Shown here: one piece after another, positions 61,401 to 64,000 of the stretch
How positions within the stretch are numbered: position 1 is the first letter of the stretch
Layout: the number at the start of each line of letters is the position of its first letter
From: Symsagittifera roscoffensis
Taxonomy: Eukaryota
Direction of reading: 5' to 3'
Assembly (NCBI RefSeq): GCF_963678635.1
Contig: NC_087064.1
Location: 46,049,437-46,113,436 of the forward strand
Length of the DNA: 64,000 nucleotides
Notes under the pieces: model-generated
Databases searched by the model: none
Seen by the model: only the letters and a program-made list of their open reading frames with translations
Told to the model about the DNA's origin: nothing
Position numbers and translations under genes: made by a program

Positions 61401-63759
61401 AAAGATATATCACATCAAAGCCACTTCAGTTGGAATTCGAACATTGTGATTCGAACAAATTTTTGATGTGATTCGAACAAATTTTTGATTTTTCGTCTTA
61501 ATTCGAGCAAATAAATCAAGCAATCAGGCTTACAACAGCTGAATTATGTCTAATTTAAGGCCTTAAAACTTAAATTTGAGCAAAAAAACTAGTTTTAGAG
61601 TTTTTTTAGCTTCATTTTGGGAACCAGAAATTTTCTATAAAAAATTTTGTTTTTCTAGTGATTTTTAAAAAAAAGTTTTTGTCCAATTTGCCTATATTAC
61701 TCTGATTGTCTAATATGCCTAAAAATAATTCTATGTGAGATCTTTTTTATCACATCAAGCAGAAGAAACTACACTATTTTGGAAAAAAAAAACTTCTAAA
61801 ACGTAGTTTTCTAAACCATGGTTGGAACATTCTGTGCTCCTTGCACAGTGACCAGCTATCTTTCTTTCTGGTTGCGTTGTCCCCATAAAAATAGTTTTCA
61901 ACAGAATTCAAAAGTTTTCTTTACCGGTCAGGTTGAAGGGTTTACTGTGGAGCTTGTTATGTTTTAGCCAATCGAAAAACTTGGAGAAATCAAAAAATAA
62001 TAGAAGACAGTGCTGATTTTTTGCACCTTTATCTTCGTTTATGTTAACAAAAATTTTACATTTACAGACTTTTTTGGCAGAAAACCAAGCTGGTAAACAG
62101 ACACTGTTTCTAAAAACGGTTAGTTATTGCGTGTAACATGAATTTTTCTTTTTAAAAAATCGATGTTTAAATTAGGAGAATGTTTGGTTTTGAATCCGAT
62201 ACTTCGTTTCTATCTCTGTCTTAAGCCATTGGCAAAACAATACCTCTCAATTTTTTGGTTGGAAGTTTTCTGGGCCTTCTAATATTGAGAAACAGATTTT
62301 TCAAGGAACATGAGGCGATTGTCTAGGCTCGTTTTAACGGAACTTTGGCAATTCGTCACGTTTTCGACTTTAACTCTCAATTAGATAAAATTTCTTTTTC
62401 TGTGTCATCGATTATTTGACTTTCTTTTTGTCAAAAACGTCTTCGCTAACAGTCAATATAAAGTAGTTCTTTATCAGATCCGCTTTAGTCTCATCCGTAA
62501 TTGCTTCTCTGTGGGTTTCTTTGTGATGCATTTTGAAAAGAAGGTTACTTTTTTGAAGAATTTTAGGATATTTGAAGCTAACATTCATGTTTTGTCCCAC
62601 AGAGTTTTTTCTACTCTGTTTTTATCAGTTTACTGCCTTTTGTCACAATAGGTTTCAAAATGTAATCACTTTTCATCTTAATTTGGGTTAATACCACTTT
62701 TTGTACTTTTCTATGGTTTGTCGAAATCTTGTTTATTAAGTGCAATGTTGGGGGAGTTATCCACGGTTGATTGTTTTTTGACATTTCTTTGTCCTCTTCG
62801 GTGTGTGCCTTTCAAAAAGTTCGATTATTTAGTCATACCACACCTGTGTGGTAACATCGATATTAATTTAGCAGCAAGATTGAAACTTGTGACTGCTCAT
62901 TTGTGACAACATTTCATGGTAGTTGCACTTGAAAGAGCTGCAATAATTCTCTAACTGGTTCCTAGCAATTAGTTGGTTTGTTATAATGTGAAAAGATATA
63001 GTAAAAGACTTGAGAAGCCTCATATGGACTAAGAGTTTCATCTGATGGTAAGATGAGGTCAAATTTTGAGGGTTTAGTAGTCCAAAACAGTCAAAAAGTT
63101 AACAGTCAGATTAATTTGAAAAAAAAAAATGAGGAAACTCACTCTTCGTTTTTCTCGCTAATCGTTCCATGTGTGTCCCATTCGATTTCGGCTAAGTTAA
63201 AATTCCTGGCCAATATTAGGTTCACAGGGTTGAACCCCTTTTAGACATTTGAAATTGTTTTTCATATCTGATTGAGTTATTCTGCATAGACTGCCTGATG
63301 GTTGATTGTAGAAAAATGCAATATGGTTTGAATCACATTTTTTAAGGATTCAAAATCAAGATTCGACAGATTCCAACGGCGAATGGATGTTCAAAATTTC
63401 AAGTTTGTTTGGCGTTTTAACTACAACCACCACATCAACATCACACGATATTTCGTTTGCAGTTGGTCTACTTGTGTATATCTATATTAAAATAAGTCAA
63501 CATCAGCCTTTTTCAATTTGATAATTGAGCTCAATTTCAGTAATTTCAACAGGCTTTTACATTTGTTGCGATGAACAAAATCTACAAACTTCAATCATCT
63601 TTATAGGCTCAAAAGGATTCGTGTGTTACGAAGTGAAACTCATTTATTTTCCTCTTGATCGTTAATAGTTTTTCGTTATTCGAGTCGACCAACTGTTCCA
63701 CGCACCGTGTAAATAAAATTTGAACTTCATTACATTTGAACTTCTCCACATTCTGCCCA

Positions 63760-64000
63760 CATTCCCTCTAGGGGTACTTTGTTGAGTGACGTCTTGTTTT
63801 TCTCGCCCTAGGAAGATTTAGAAAATGCTCAAAATTTGACCCCTACTATCCGAAAAAGTTCTGGAGTTACGTACGCCAAAAAAACTACCATAAGAGAATC
63901 AATCCCCGCTTTAATAAAACCAAATGGTATGCTAGCTGACACAGACGACTAAAGGGCAGAAGTACTCTCAGACTTCTTTGCATCGGTTTTCACTGACGAA
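63760..64000 (+). mobile_element. CR1/L2-type LINE ORF2 fragment (pseudogenised), running off the window end.
   Basis: Two frames together give ..KFWSYVRQK..NPRFNKTK.. and ..GMLADTDD*RAEVLSDFFASVFTDE. These match the conserved stretch just upstream of RT in CR1/L2-like ORF2 (..FW.Y......; ..D.EKAE.LN.FF.SVFT.E). There is an in-frame stop. Confidence 0.5.

Overview
This is an AT-rich (about one-third GC) eukaryotic window, most likely from an invertebrate metazoan; a cnidarian-like genome is a guess, not a call. It carries microsatellites, tRNA-derived SINEs, hAT MITEs, LINE and LTR relics, and spliced genes with canonical GT-AG introns. There are no prokaryotic operons, no CRISPR array and no defence island. 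I could support two protein-coding genes, both on the minus strand. The first is a 3-exon class-A (rhodopsin-like) GPCR at 18070-23581. The second is a large multi-exon TEP1-like gene. It encodes TEP1_N-like repeats, a Ro60-like TROVE plus vWA module, DUF4062 and the start of a NACHT domain. I reconstructed 16 exons, and intron phase is consistent across every junction except 45190 to 39455, which is open. It spans at least 38879-55318; the remaining NACHT and WD40 exons were not found by eye. The rest of the window is dense in repeats. These include a roughly 430-bp nonautonomous family with at least 16 copies, all in plus orientation. There are two related tRNA-derived SINE subfamilies, all in minus orientation. 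There is a hAT-derived MITE family, one copy with a perfect 8-bp TSD and TTF zinc-finger and hATC remnants. There is a ~650-bp family that shares a GCGAAG-N5-CTTCGC terminal stem-loop with the SINEs. There is a 165-bp satellite at three loci and an AG-rich polypurine minisatellite. A 1.64-kb tandem duplication is followed by an inverted partial copy, giving a foldback. A ~1-kb block is duplicated inside the TEP1-like gene. The LTR-retrotransposon, LINE and other selfish-element relics are degenerate. All coordinates are read by eye from the printed sequence, so boundaries are good to a few bp for exons and to tens of bp for repeats.
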